This document shows, in pieces, positions 50,170 through 61,550 of a stretch of DNA of 61,550 nt; positions within the stretch are counted from its first letter, which is position 1, and each line of letters starts with the position of its first letter. A program made the translations under genes and the position numbers. Under the pieces are notes generated by a model. The model had not been told where the DNA came from. It did no database searches and saw only the letters and a list, made by a program, of their open reading frames with translations. This stretch comes from Vicugna vicugna (taxonomy: Eukaryota): contig MU057386.1 in assembly GCA_013265495.1 (NCBI GenBank), forward strand, positions 3,075-64,624, read 5' to 3'.

Positions 50170-50650
50170 CAGAAATCAGGGCCCACATCCTCAGCCCACC
50201 GCATTTCCTACATATTTGGAATTGCCAAGGAGGGCTGAATACACACGGTGCTAGTTGGAACAACACTTTACTCATAGAAAGGAGAAGAGACACAGCAAGA
50301 CGAGTGTCCATAGTATGTGCTAGTCTCCCATGCCCTGTGGGATTCCCCCCATAGCCAACACAGGGCAATGGACTGCACGCATCCTTCTGGTGCTGCAGGC
50401 AAACACCTGTTCCCTTCCTGCAGGGGGCAGATGCACTGGTAGGGTTGGCTAGGTGTCATATGACACACTAATACAAGGAAGTTCACTAATACCTAGAATA
50501 AGGGAATTGTTTCTCCTAATAAGGAAGAAGAATCTGGGGCCAAATGATAGCTCAGCATCTGGCTTCCATAGAGGGGAATGTTCTAGGACCAGGACACTAG
50601 TTGGGCAATCCTGTGGAGGAGGGCAGGCCACGCCATGGCTGCTTTCCACA
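50170..50650 (-). mobile_element. Old ERVL LTR (MER54/73/74-like)
   Basis: ggaacaacactttactca...gggaatgttctagg...ggctgctttccaca; family tentative. Confidence 0.5.
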
Positions 50651-51034
50651 ACAATGAACTATAGGTTATCGATTGTCACCCATCTGCCAAACCTAAACAG
50701 AGGCCATATGACAAAGCAGCCTGTTGACTGCAATTTATATAGATCAGGTTCTTAGGACACAAAGTTGAGTGGAGAAGAGTGGGCAGTGATGGATCTGAAG
50801 TGACAAATGTAGAATACCCAGCCCAGAGTGGTAATGTCTTTCTACTATTTCTGTTCAGTGGGTGCTTCATTAACTCATTTTGGTTTCCCTAACCTTATCC
50901 ATACCCCTGTAATTTCTGCAATTAAACCCTTAGATCGTGCCTTTATTTTCCTGTTGACATTCTGCTGGATATACCTCCTAGCAAATTCCCTATGTTTGTT
51001 CTTGATTCAACAGAGTTATCTGTTTACAACATAA

Positions 51035-51380
51035 GGCGGATCACATCAGTCTTCTCCTCAAAACCTTCTAAAAACCTCCCCACTAATCTAAGAGTCAAAT
51101 TGAAAGCCTTTACTGTGGCCCACAAGACCCCACTAGATACGACTTCTCTCTAACTGACTTATCTGCTACCACTCTTTCCCTTGCTCATGATACTCTAGGC
51201 ACATTGATCTTCATTGGGTTATTAATATGCCTAGAATACTCTTACCACAGGTATTTGAAAGTTTCTCTCCTTCACAGTTATTCAGGTCTCTGCTCAAATT
51301 TCACTTTCTCAAAGGCCTTCCATAAGCAACTATCCAAAATAGTCCATAGCTTCCCCTGATTTCTTTAATTTCTAACTCTG
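51035..51380 (+). mobile_element. L2a, 5' part (continues at 59460-59650)
   Basis: ctcaaaaccttc...ttcaggtctctgctcaaatttcactttctcaaaggccttcc. Confidence 0.8.
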
Positions 51381-53119
51381 GACAATTCAAATAACCATTC
51401 CCATCATTTATGCAATTACAACTGCAAAATGTCCTGGGCCTTGCATACCACTTTGTCCATCTTTCAGAAACTCACCTTTGTCTGCTTTGTTTGTTTCTGA
51501 AGGTGGGTGTTTCATGTTTGTTTATGTATTCATGGATCCTTCTTTATATAGCAAGCAAGGGACTCCATTCTCTATTTACAGGCTCATCAAGGCTCAAGCT
51601 ACATATAAGATACTCCTACCCAGGCTAACTGTCTTTAGCAATGCCCTGGTTATAGCCCGGGCTAATCAAGTCAGGCAGGTGCCATAGTCCAGGTCCAGGG
51701 CAGGACCTATCTCCTCCCGGAACTTCACCACTTTTAGGTTCTTCACCTTACATTATGAAGTCACCCAATCCAAAGACTCACTGTGCTTCTGGTGTTATGT
51801 CCAAAAGACTTCTATGCAATATCTTTATTTAAAAATTCTCTGGCCAAAACTAATGAATACTGTGAAAATTCATAAGCAATAACTGCTCACTTTATAAAGA
51901 GATAATCTTAGAACTGTTGGTATGATGTTCTCCCTTACTAAAGTAAGTCAATAAAACTCAATCTGCTTATTTCATTACATAATTATTACTTTGAGAAGGG
52001 GAATTTCCATAATTTTTATGACCCAAGTTTCCACTATAAGACCCCTGCCTTAGACTAGAACCTTTGATCCATACCAACACTGTGTGTATATATTCAAATC
52101 TTTTGCATCTCTTCCATATGAAGGTCCCAACTCAAGGCAGATAAAGGAGTCCCATGCTGGCTATGAGATACAATTTTGCTGAAGGTCACGAGTACTGGGC
52201 TTTATTTTTATCCAACAAAAATTAGATGTCACTTATCAAATTCCTTGTTGTTCTCATCAGACTTGTCCTCCTCAAAATTCTGTAGAAATTGTGTTTTTCA
52301 TCTAATCTCAAATTTATCTTGTCTTGTCATGAACACTATTAGTCTATGAAGTTATAAAAAATGATAGAAAGATAAACCCACAGAAGCCTATAAATCAATG
52401 ATCAAAAACTAGTCCTAAAGATGGACAAGTTAAAGATTTTGCCAGGCCATTGTCCTTCAGTGAAGGAAGTTTGCCTTGGGTCACCATCCAAAAGCCAAAA
52501 AGTCTTTCTTTTTTTCTTGATCTTATTCTGACAAAACCTTCAAACACTAGATCTTTCATGGTATATACATTGTTTGGTCTGTGGCAAGAGATGGCTAACT
52601 TCCAGTAAGGGACCTGAGACACATTCAACTGATTCCCCACTCCCAACTGAATCTTTTCCCTTTCTTCCAAATTCTCATCCCTTCCCCCCTGACTTTCCCC
52701 ATTTCTAATCATCTTCCATCTCTGATTCTGTACTCAAACCACAATTTTCTTTAAGAAGATTGCCAAAACCCAAAGGTAAACTCTGGTAGGTAGATTTTTA
52801 GACCTTTGCCTCAGTCTGAGCTAACGGCAATCATCAAGGATTTTCTTCAATCCTGAGCAAAAAGAAAGCTATTTACTGGAGAATTTGAATAATATTGGGA
52901 ACCTAAAACCTCAGCTTCCTTGACCTTCAACAGCTAGTATATATGTTAGTAGGACATTCAGACAATAAAATTTGGCTCAAGAAATTAAACTGGAAGGATG
53001 TTGCAAAGAATTTAGCTATTCCTAAAGTTCACTGAACAGAACAGATACTGGAGAAAACATAAGATATGTGGCAGTCCTTTCTGAAAGGTGTACTTATATT
53101 TCCACTAAATATTTACTGG

Positions 53120-53632
53120 ACAGTATACATATACAAAAATGTCATGTATAAGAATGTTTAAAGCAGTGGTATTCATAATAACTCAAAAGTGCAAACAATC
53201 CAAATGTTCATCAACAGAAGAAAGAATAAACAAATTGTGGTCTATCCTTACAATGGAATATTACTTACAGATAAAAGGGATGAATTAATGACTCAAGCAA
53301 CAAAGTGGATAAATCTCAAAAATATGCTGAGTAAAAGAAGCCAGACACAAAGGGGTGCAAACTATGTGATTTCATTTATTTTCAAACGATGTGATTTCAT
53401 TTTATTTTAATTTTAAGAAGAGGCAAAACTAATATGTGGCAACAGAAATCAGAACAATGTGGGATGAGAATTGACTGGCATAAGGGAAATTTCTGTGATT
53501 TTGGAAATAATTTATATCTAGATTGGGATGTTGGTTACATGAGTGTATACATTTGTTAAAGGTCATAAAATGTTTTATGATCTGTACATTTCCCTGTAAG
53601 TAAATTTTACCTCAATTGAAAGGAAAAAAAAC
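53120..53632 (+). mobile_element. Old L1 (L1MD/ME-like) 3' end within the ERV
   Basis: aagaatgttta...aaatgttcatcaacag...aagaagccagacacaa...aaattttacctcaat plus A tail. Confidence 0.8.
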
Positions 53633-53767
53633 AGACAGAGTAGGAAATATTCCAGTCTTGCAAGCAAATAAAAGAGAAATCCATTGGAGATTTTAATGGA
53701 TGTCTTTTCAATACCTTCAGACAACATTCTAGGGTAGATATAGAGGCAGATGCTTATGCCACACTGT

Positions 53768-53801
53768 TATTACTATTACTATTAGTATTATTATTATTGT
53801 T

Positions 53802-53834
<33 letters not shown>
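53768..53834. repeat. (TAT/TAC)n-(GAT)n compound microsatellite
   Basis: Directly visible. Confidence 0.9.
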
Positions 53835-53836
<2 letters not shown>

Positions 53837-53844
53837 GAACAGTC

Positions 53845-54393
53845 TATAGGGGAGGAAAAATAATTTTCCCTCTACCCTTCTAAGTTCTTGGCTGAGACAC
53901 TCTGTAATAAAAGAAAGATTAACAGGAGAAAAAGTAAACAGAATTTTAATAAAATGTGTATCTCCTATATAAATGGGAGCTACCCAGGAAAACTGGGTAA
54001 ATTCTTGAAATGGTCAAAGCCATCACCTTAAATTAATCTTCCACTAAAGACAAAAGAAAATGTTGGGAGAGGGACTGGGGGGCCAATTATGGGTGATTAC
54101 CAGGAAAAGCACAGTAAACAAAGGTAAGGTTTTGTTATGCAAATCAAAGTCACTGCCTTCTCCACTGATAAGAGTTTATAGAAATTTAGTCAATCTCCTC
54201 TTCCTGGTACAGACAGGAAGATGCCCTTACAAATGGAGATTTCCCCAGTAAATGTCTCTTACAAAAGGGTAACTTCTTGGTTTTCAAAACCTTCTTGGCT
54301 TCTCCTGTGTATGCTGTTTCTTAAAAATAATCAGCTCAAGATAAACCTTATGTCAAAGACATGTTTTGGGGTGGTATATTTTGTTCCCCTTCA
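53845..54393 (-). mobile_element. Solo MER34/MER39-like ERV1 LTR
   Basis: Minus strand starts tgaaggggaacaaaatataccaccccaaaa; perfect TSD agtc (53841-53844, 54394-54397). Confidence 0.88.
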
Positions 54394-56659
54394 AGTCTTA
54401 AGCTAAAAATAAGGTATTTAGTCATGAGCAAAGGTTAGAATAGGAAATAGGTCACCTAATAGACCTATAGCATGTGGAAATTTCTGAAAATTTTCACAAC
54501 AAATTTCTTACAACAAAACCAAATTTGTTTTGAGAAAAATCCAAAATAAGTTAACAGCTTTACAAATCAAACAATAAGATGGTTCCATGTCCTCATGTTT
54601 TCTTCCCAAAAAAGGGTCCACTGATAAGGACACTTGCTATTACTGTAAACAAAATGAATACTAAACAACTTCCCAGTGTTGGCCAAAAATTAATAGGCAA
54701 GGACAAATCTGATAAAAATGAGGGGCCAGCAAGAGAGAACACAGTACCTAGCTTCCAATTTTCCCTTAAACTTGCAAGATTTGTCATTAACTATTGACAG
54801 CTAAGTTCACAGTTCTTTTACAGTTACAGTTCCTACACTTTACACAATAAACCTACCACTATGTCCATCCATCTTTCTTAGAGTCAATGTTACCAAATGG
54901 TACCATCACAAAAAAATCTCAGCCACCCTCTATCTTCCAGCCGATTACCCTTGGTCCTTTGAGAAACAGGTCCCTTTTGAGATATCACACCAATCAACTA
55001 ATTTGGTGGGCCACTTGAAATTCCCAAGGATTTCTCAAGTCATGATCCAATTACAGCTAATTTGGTATCCTTGTGCTTAAGTCAGAAAAAATGTGAAGAC
55101 CTCCTGGGGAAAACAGATTATGTATGGATTAAAAACTCTACTTATATTGGCAGAATTGATGATCCTGAGCCCATCAAGGTTCAGTTTCACCCATTCATAC
55201 CTTTACCTCAATGTGCATAAAGTACCCTAAGGAAAAGAACGTTTAGCCCACAGTAGATGGACTACATGAAATGAAGTCTCATAGTTTGTACTAGCACTTG
55301 TGATCATCCTGTCCTGCCTGTTAAGAAATCCAATGAACAGGAGTTCAGATTTGTTCAAGGTGTTAAGACTATCAAGAGGATGGCCACAGCCTGCTTTCCA
55401 GTGGTGCTAACAACAAATGCTATTCTTCTCATGATCCCACCTAAGGTTATCTATTTTATAGTTGAGGATATGTATTCTGCCTTTTAATGTCCCCAGATTC
55501 GTAGACAGTAAAGCTTTGTTCACCTTCACTTGGAAGGAACAACATTATACATGGACACATGTCACAGAAATCCACTGAGATTCTTGCTTATTTTACAGGT
55601 TTACAAGTTCTTAATCAGGATCTCAAGGATCACAAGGCTTTTTTTTTTTTTTTTTTGTAATTTTCCCCTCATATAATATGCTGATGTTTTACTAAGCTCC
55701 AAAAATAAAGAAATCTCTAAAATGAGTTCTATGTACTTTTGAACTCTTTTAGTCCATAAAAAACAGAAGTTGCCAGAGGAAAAAATTTAATTTTTTCAGC
55801 AAAAGATTCATTATTTGGAGCATTATCTACTTCAGAGGAGTCCGTGTCTTACCTGTGATCAACTATAAGCCATTCAAAGATTTCCTAGGCCAGTTACTCA
55901 AAGATAGCTCAGGGTATCTCTAGGTCTTCCTGGCTACTGTAGATAGTGGGTTCCAACCTTTTCCAAAATTACTCTTCTTTTTATAACTTAACCAAATTCT
56001 CATTGAAAAAGTCCTCCATTGGGATCCCAAACATGAACCAGAATTCTGCAAACTAAAGTTAGCTCTTCAACAACTCCTTGCTCCAGGTCTGCCTTACTTT
56101 CATCTTATTCAGGGATGATCTGATCAGGCCCCTGGTGTTCTAACTAAACCAAATAGAAACCACCAAGGACTCATAGCTGACTATAGTTTCTTTCTTGATA
56201 CCCTAGTTACCTTAAGACTATGGCAGCCACCAACAAATTTGTGGAGGCCTCTGCTGACTTACTTTTGGGCTCATCCTTGAAACTAACAGTCTCTCTTTGC
56301 TGAAAAAAAAAATCCAAAAAGCAATGCTTTCTTGGCAAACCAGCTTACATCCTACAAGACATTCATATTTCCTCTTTCATATATTACTATTCTTTACTAT
56401 ACCACTTTGACTACTGACACCCTCAGTAAAACGTATAGTCTAGATTCTGCCTAAGAATCATCTACGTCTTATGTATTTCATGCATACTTACTAGAAAATC
56501 CTTCAGACAGTCCAGACTCTTTGTTGAGGAGGCCGAAAAAACACCAAAGAAAAACACCAAAAAACCCCAAACAACAACAAAAAACAGGAAAAGGAAGTTA
56601 TCAGACTGACTATACTATAGCAGGTTTTATTTTACCCTTAGAAGATGATTCCTTAACAT

Positions 56660-57990
56660 GAACTAAATCAGCCCAAAAAGTATGACCAACCTAGCAGCAA
56701 TGAGCATTCCTAGTACCCAGACTATGAAGTTGAAATACCATTTCACATACCAGAAATACCATTTAATACAATCCAAACATCTTAGAAAAATGGTTGATTC
56801 AAGGTATGGAGCATAGAATATTGTACAAGATAAGTCTGGAACCCCTTGACATGTCACAGAGCAAGGAAGCTATCACAGACTCTGAAGTTCACGTCAAAAT
56901 GACTCAAGCGCCCACTTGAAGAGACATCCCTGGCCAAACAATATACAGTTTGAGTCTCAATAAGGATAAAAATTGAAATAGAATCAAAACATTAAATATG
57001 TTTAAATCTATAATTTTATAAGAAGTTTAAAAATAATTATTCACTTTCTAAAAATGACAGAACACAAATTTATTACCTAAAAACTCTAAATAAAATGAAA
57101 AAAAATCATGCATTTACCCTGCCTTTCCTACAGAAACTGTACCACTGAATAATCAAACATTAGATGAGAAGAAGCGTTTCCTTATAAAATTATTTCACAC
57201 TGTAAAAGCAAACCAAGCAATGAAATTAGAATGTTACCATTTTGCAACCCTCAATGGATCTAGGCATTGAAGATCAAAAGCTGCTAACATTTATAAAAAG
57301 TGTGAAAAACAGGCATGTGCCTCCTGATGAAACAACAAAACACCACCAATAGCCTTGCCACAGGGATTGCATCTGACTCTGATCACACCTCTGAATCCAA
57401 CTGCCAATTTGCAGAAAATACAAAGAAACTTGCTGAACTACATCACGATTACACAGGCAGAAAATCCCAGACTGGAAACACTGGCAAGTCAAACCTAGGT
57501 TCTTAAACAAATAAATTGTAAGAAAGTAAAATATGTAGAAGTAATTGATTACAAGTGACTTAAAAGCCATATCAAATGTTTTTTAATTGGAGACGATTAA
57601 GCTATAGTGTCTAGGGCTGCATCCCTTGGGTGATAAAACCATTAAAAAATATAAGAAAGAATTACTAGCAAGTCAGGATAATGGTTACTTTTGGTGGGAG
57701 GGAAAGACTATGACTGAGAAGGGCTTCTGGAGTGAGTGGCAAAGATCTATTTTTTGACCTGGGTGATGGGTATAAGGCTATTCACTTTATAATAATTATC
57801 TAAGGTAGTGTTATCCTTGAGGAGAAATGGTGACTGGAAGAGCACAGGAGGGTGAATTCTGGGATGCTGTTGTGTATTCTGCTTCTATGTCTAGGTGCTG
57901 GTTATATGAATGTGTTCTGTTTTTTAAAATGCATTGATCTGTTCACTTATGTTCACTTTTATATATAGAAATTACACTCCATAAAGAGCT
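56660..57990 (+). mobile_element. Old L1 3' UTR fragments (L1MC/MD-type, then L1ME-type) between pol and env
   Basis: aacctagcagcaatgagcattcctag...ttgacctgggtgatgg...ttctatgtctaggtgctggttata. Confidence 0.7.
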
Positions 57991-59459
57991 CACACAATCT
58001 AATTGGTATTCCCATAAACACTTCAGAGAGTCCTGTTCCTTCCACTGGACACTTCTGGAATTAGAAATATCCTCACATTATTAACTTCAGCATCCAGTCA
58101 TATAAAAATTGGACTCTGATCATGGAACAGAAAAATACTTCTGCAAAAGTAATTATAACACTGTCCATAGGGGCCAGAAACACAACAGGAGTAGGATTAA
58201 ATATTAACACTGTTTTTTCCATAGTAATCCAGTTGTTTTCCTCAGAAAGGTTCCAACCTGCCTTATAGAAATTATTCAGCTTCGCACAGGAAGTTAACTG
58301 GGGCACTCCTGCCATGTTAAATAATGTGTACACCCCCAATACAATCTCTATCCCACAAGAATACTATATTTTATGTGGACCAAGCTCTTTCCTTGTTTAC
58401 CACATATAAACCTGACTTATACATATGGGATAACTGTCAGAGACTTTATATATTCAAGATCAAGATATACCCTATGGACCATTTTTCAGTGAGGTATGAG
58501 TCTAGTAACGTGAAAAATAAAGGCTTCTATGGAAAATTACCCAGAAGATTCACTATTTCACTTTTATGCCTACCGTTCAAATAGTGATTTCTATAATGGT
58601 CAGACAATTATCAATAACTGTAGCTGAAGTTGTAAATGATGCTTTCACAGCTCTCAAGGCTCAAAAGACAGGTCTAATTCCTTTGGTCCAAGAGATAATG
58701 GACAAGTGGATAATTTTGGTTTCCTATTAGCCAGGATGATGTCTAGTGTTGCATTCAGATAAATACTACTGCCACGTATGACAACCAGTCTCTAAAGTAA
58801 AGGAGCTAACCATTGGGGAGCTTGTTTTCTTTACCTGGATTTGTCCATGTGAATCATCTACTCAGAGCATTCTATATAATTTAACCCTCACTTTCCTGTT
58901 AGTCCTTATATGCATTGTCATTGGCAGATGTGTACCTCCCAGAGTCTTATATGCTGCTGTGCCACTAATGTCATATCAGGTGATCCAACAACTCATCATT
59001 TGACAAAAGGAGCATGATGGTCAAACTCTGGTCCAATTTCAGACGATTGTTTCTGAGGTGGTGATCTCATCAAGTAATTGCAAGAGTGGTGTAGAACTGT
59101 TTTAAGAATAATTTTGTGGCTAACCTTATGGTCTGGCCAGGATGGCCAAAGGGATGAGCGATTAGAACAGCCACACTTTCACTAAACAATCTAATCACAG
59201 AATGTCATGCGACTTACATAACATTTTCACCTGACTCTGTTGCATCTACTTTTGTCTTAGGAAATCAACCAATCCAAAGCCTCACCTGGTCTCTCATAGC
59301 TCAACCTAAAAGCTCTCCAGCCCAAACAATGAGTAAACATATCATGCATGCACTTTCTTTAAGGAGATGGTATTTTAAAATTTCCCATGTAGTGCTTTCT
59401 CTTCTGCAATGTCAATAAAACTGTTTGCTTATATCATACATTTCTTTATTTGAAAAGAG

Positions 59460-59650
59460 CTTACTCTGCTTTGTCTTTGCATAGCACTTATAATATGTGA
59501 AATATTTTTAATTTGTTGGCCTCCTATTTATTATGTCTCCCCCTACTAGGGTATAATTTCATGAGAATAAGATCTCTAAATATCTTATTCACCTCTGTGT
59601 CTCCAGTGTAGTACAGTTTTAGATGTATTACAAGTGTGAATAAATAAATG
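59460..59650 (+). mobile_element. L2a 3' terminus (continuation of 51035-51380)
   Basis: catagcactta...ttattcacctctgtgtctccagtg...tgaataaataaatga. Confidence 0.8.
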
Positions 59651-60256
59651 AGACTCTGATCTGGGACACCCCCACATTAAAAAATATGTTCCATGAAACT
59701 AGGGATCATGTGGTTCAAACTGCCTGCATGTAGTAATACATAATAAATACTGAAGTAATAAATTAAGTCTTAAAAAAAAAACAACTTTTGTTCTCTTTCT
59801 GCAAATAGTTTCTTTATAGAGGAATGTATGTGGATTTTTTGTCCACTTGCTTGTTTTTAATTTGCTTGACAAGCCTAAGAAGAGACAGTTGTATATAAAT
59901 TATAAAATCTAATAAAATAAATGAAACTTCTTTCACTGAGTGGGAAACTATGCAAAGTCATTAAGTATGATAACATAGGGAACTATCATAAATACAAAGC
60001 AAAAAGAAAGAAGGTGGAATTTATCACATAGCAAGTAAAGGATGCATATTGAATAAACGATCTGAATGTAGTACAAAAAGAAGGAGTGTCAACACAGAGG
60101 TCCAACTCTTAAGAAGTTATCTGAATTCACCCTAGCCTATAGAGGAACTACAGGAGATGGAGAGTAGGGGAGTCTGACCAACAAAATGGATACTGTGAGC
60201 ACCGGGTAGAGAAGTAAACAATGTATGCATTTGAATTGGGGTAGAATAAAAGATAA

Positions 60257-60637
60257 TGTTAAAAACAAGAAAAGAGGCACCAAATGGAGTCATTTATGCT
60301 AAGACCCACATCATCAAACCAATTTAATTACAATCTCAGCTCCCCTAGAAGTGGAATCTTACACCAATCAATCAGGAATTGCCTAATCAGCACTCCGGCA
60401 GTAATCTGCCAGATAGACCCCCACCATCCCCTAAAGGAAAGTGTCCTTGAAATAATCAACCAGTCTTTTTGTCTAGTGTAACTTCTTTGTCCCTGCTCCC
60501 TGTAAAAATCTTTCATTTCGTACAGCTCCTTAGAGCTTCTTTCTCTCTGCCAGATTGGATACTGTTTGATTCATGAATTGCTGAATAAAACCAATCAGGT
60601 CTTTAAAATTTACTCAGTTGAATTTTGTTTTTCAACA
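60257..60637 (+). mobile_element. Solo ERV1 LTR
   Basis: tgtta...aaatggagtc...AATAAA near 60584...tttcaaca; TSD ataa/atag. Confidence 0.85.
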
Positions 60638-60854
60638 ATAGTACAAACATAATTCAAAAAAAAAATCTGTTTTAAAAGATCGTATACCCTGTATCCTAAT
60701 AAGTCAAATTGATAGAAGTTGGAGACATTGCTGATAAAGACTGAAATGGTAAACAAGATGTACAGGGACACAGCAGTAGGATCTCAATGTAGAAACTGCT
60801 CAATAAATTTAGTTAATATTAACACTTAGAAAGTCAATGGCCTGACATGTTAAA

Positions 60855-61389
60855 TGACGAGGTTCAGAACATGCTACTCCAAAATATGGCACCTTGGCAT
60901 ATCAAATATGTTAAGCTGAAGAAATTTGATAAATTACCTATCTCGTACACCTCCCTTGAGGATTAAATGATCTAATTTCAAGTGAGCAGTGCTTGCCCTT
61001 TTCCCCTGAAACAGCACATAAAACGCTCATGTGAGAGGTGCCCTCCGTATACCTGCAGAAAAGGAGCATCCTTATCTCCATAGACAGAAGAATGCTGAGA
61101 AGGATCCAAACTGGTCTTGCTAAGTTCCCCCAGTTTACTACACTTACCTCATATTCCTTAACCTATCATATTCCTCCACAACTGTCCACTCTTCATCAAA
61201 CCTAGCATAAAAATACTCAGGTTTAACCCTTTTGGGGGTGGTCTTCATTTTCTTATGAAGGCTCTTGTGTCACACAAAACTTATATTAAATAAATGTATA
61301 TGCTTTTTTCTTATTAATCTTTGTCAGTTTAAATTTCAGGCCCAGTCAGAGAACCTAAGAGGGGGAGGAATAAGTTTTCCTCCCCTACA
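60855..61389 (+). mobile_element. Solo MER34-like ERV1 LTR
   Basis: tgacgaggttcagaacatgctactccaaaatatggcaccttggcat...ttttcctcccctaca. Confidence 0.85.
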
Positions 61390-61534
61390 CAACTCAAGAA
61401 ATGTAATGAATGGTTCCCAGGAAAGACCTAATGATAACCGGCTTTTAATTTTTTAACGTATCTAAAGATGTAATGTATAGATAGAGCTGTGCTTTTTCGC
61501 TTGTGTGGTGGTGATGAAGGATGGTGGTGCAATA

Positions 61535-61550
61535 TGTGTGTGTGTGTGTG
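61535..61550. repeat. (GT)n microsatellite, cut by window end
   Basis: Directly visible. Confidence 0.9.

Larger units (their letters stand above)
51385..59455 (+). mobile_element. Ancient ERV1 (gamma-like) provirus: 5' LTR ~51385-51997, gag, pol, env, 3' LTR ~59160-59455
   Basis: Gag knuckle remnant CYYCKQNEY* at 54635; RT remnants CDHPVLPVKKSNEQEFRFVQGVK (55299), FTFTWKEQHYTWT, LI*YADVLL (55677); env TM remnant GLIPLVQEIMDKWIIL..FLLA..CCIQINT (~58670-58770); two homologous LTRs sharing aatgtc..g..ctt.cata, caatccaaag.ctcac, gtcaataaaact. Confidence 0.82.

Noticed and set aside
58050..59000. Domesticated env (syncytin-like) gene
   Set aside because: Multiple stops and frameshifts; immunosuppressive domain and CX6CC are degenerate
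1..61550. CRISPR arrays, operons or other prokaryotic systems
   Set aside because: Sequence is mammalian; remaining short ORFs lie in repeats or look like chance frames

Overview
Mammalian genomic DNA, almost certainly camelid (alpaca or camel), judged from tRNA-derived Vic-1-type SINEs and the 3' ends of the youngest L1s. It is gene-poor, dominated by transposable elements, and contains two N gaps. Recognisable gene-derived sequence is limited to one PTPN20-like phosphatase exon (- strand, 1762-2096, intact splice sites but altered conserved motifs, no partner exons found) and a truncated OR7-family olfactory receptor pseudogene (- strand, 32000-32431) directly behind an L1 poly(A), possibly L1 3'-transduced cargo. 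The rest is nested repeats: an ERVL/MLT2 provirus remnant, a very old ERV1 provirus (LTR-gag-pol-env-LTR, about 51.4-59.5 kb) splitting an L2, several solo ERV1 LTRs with TSDs, many L1s (one near full length, one twin-primed), L2, MIR and hAT/Tigger DNA transposons. About 1.4-13.1 kb is visibly richer in GC and CpG than the rest. Three near-perfect 174-329 bp tandem duplications look like assembly artefacts. I found no convincing novel biological system. Repeat family names come from recalled consensus sequences, and most repeat boundaries are approximate unless a TSD is given.
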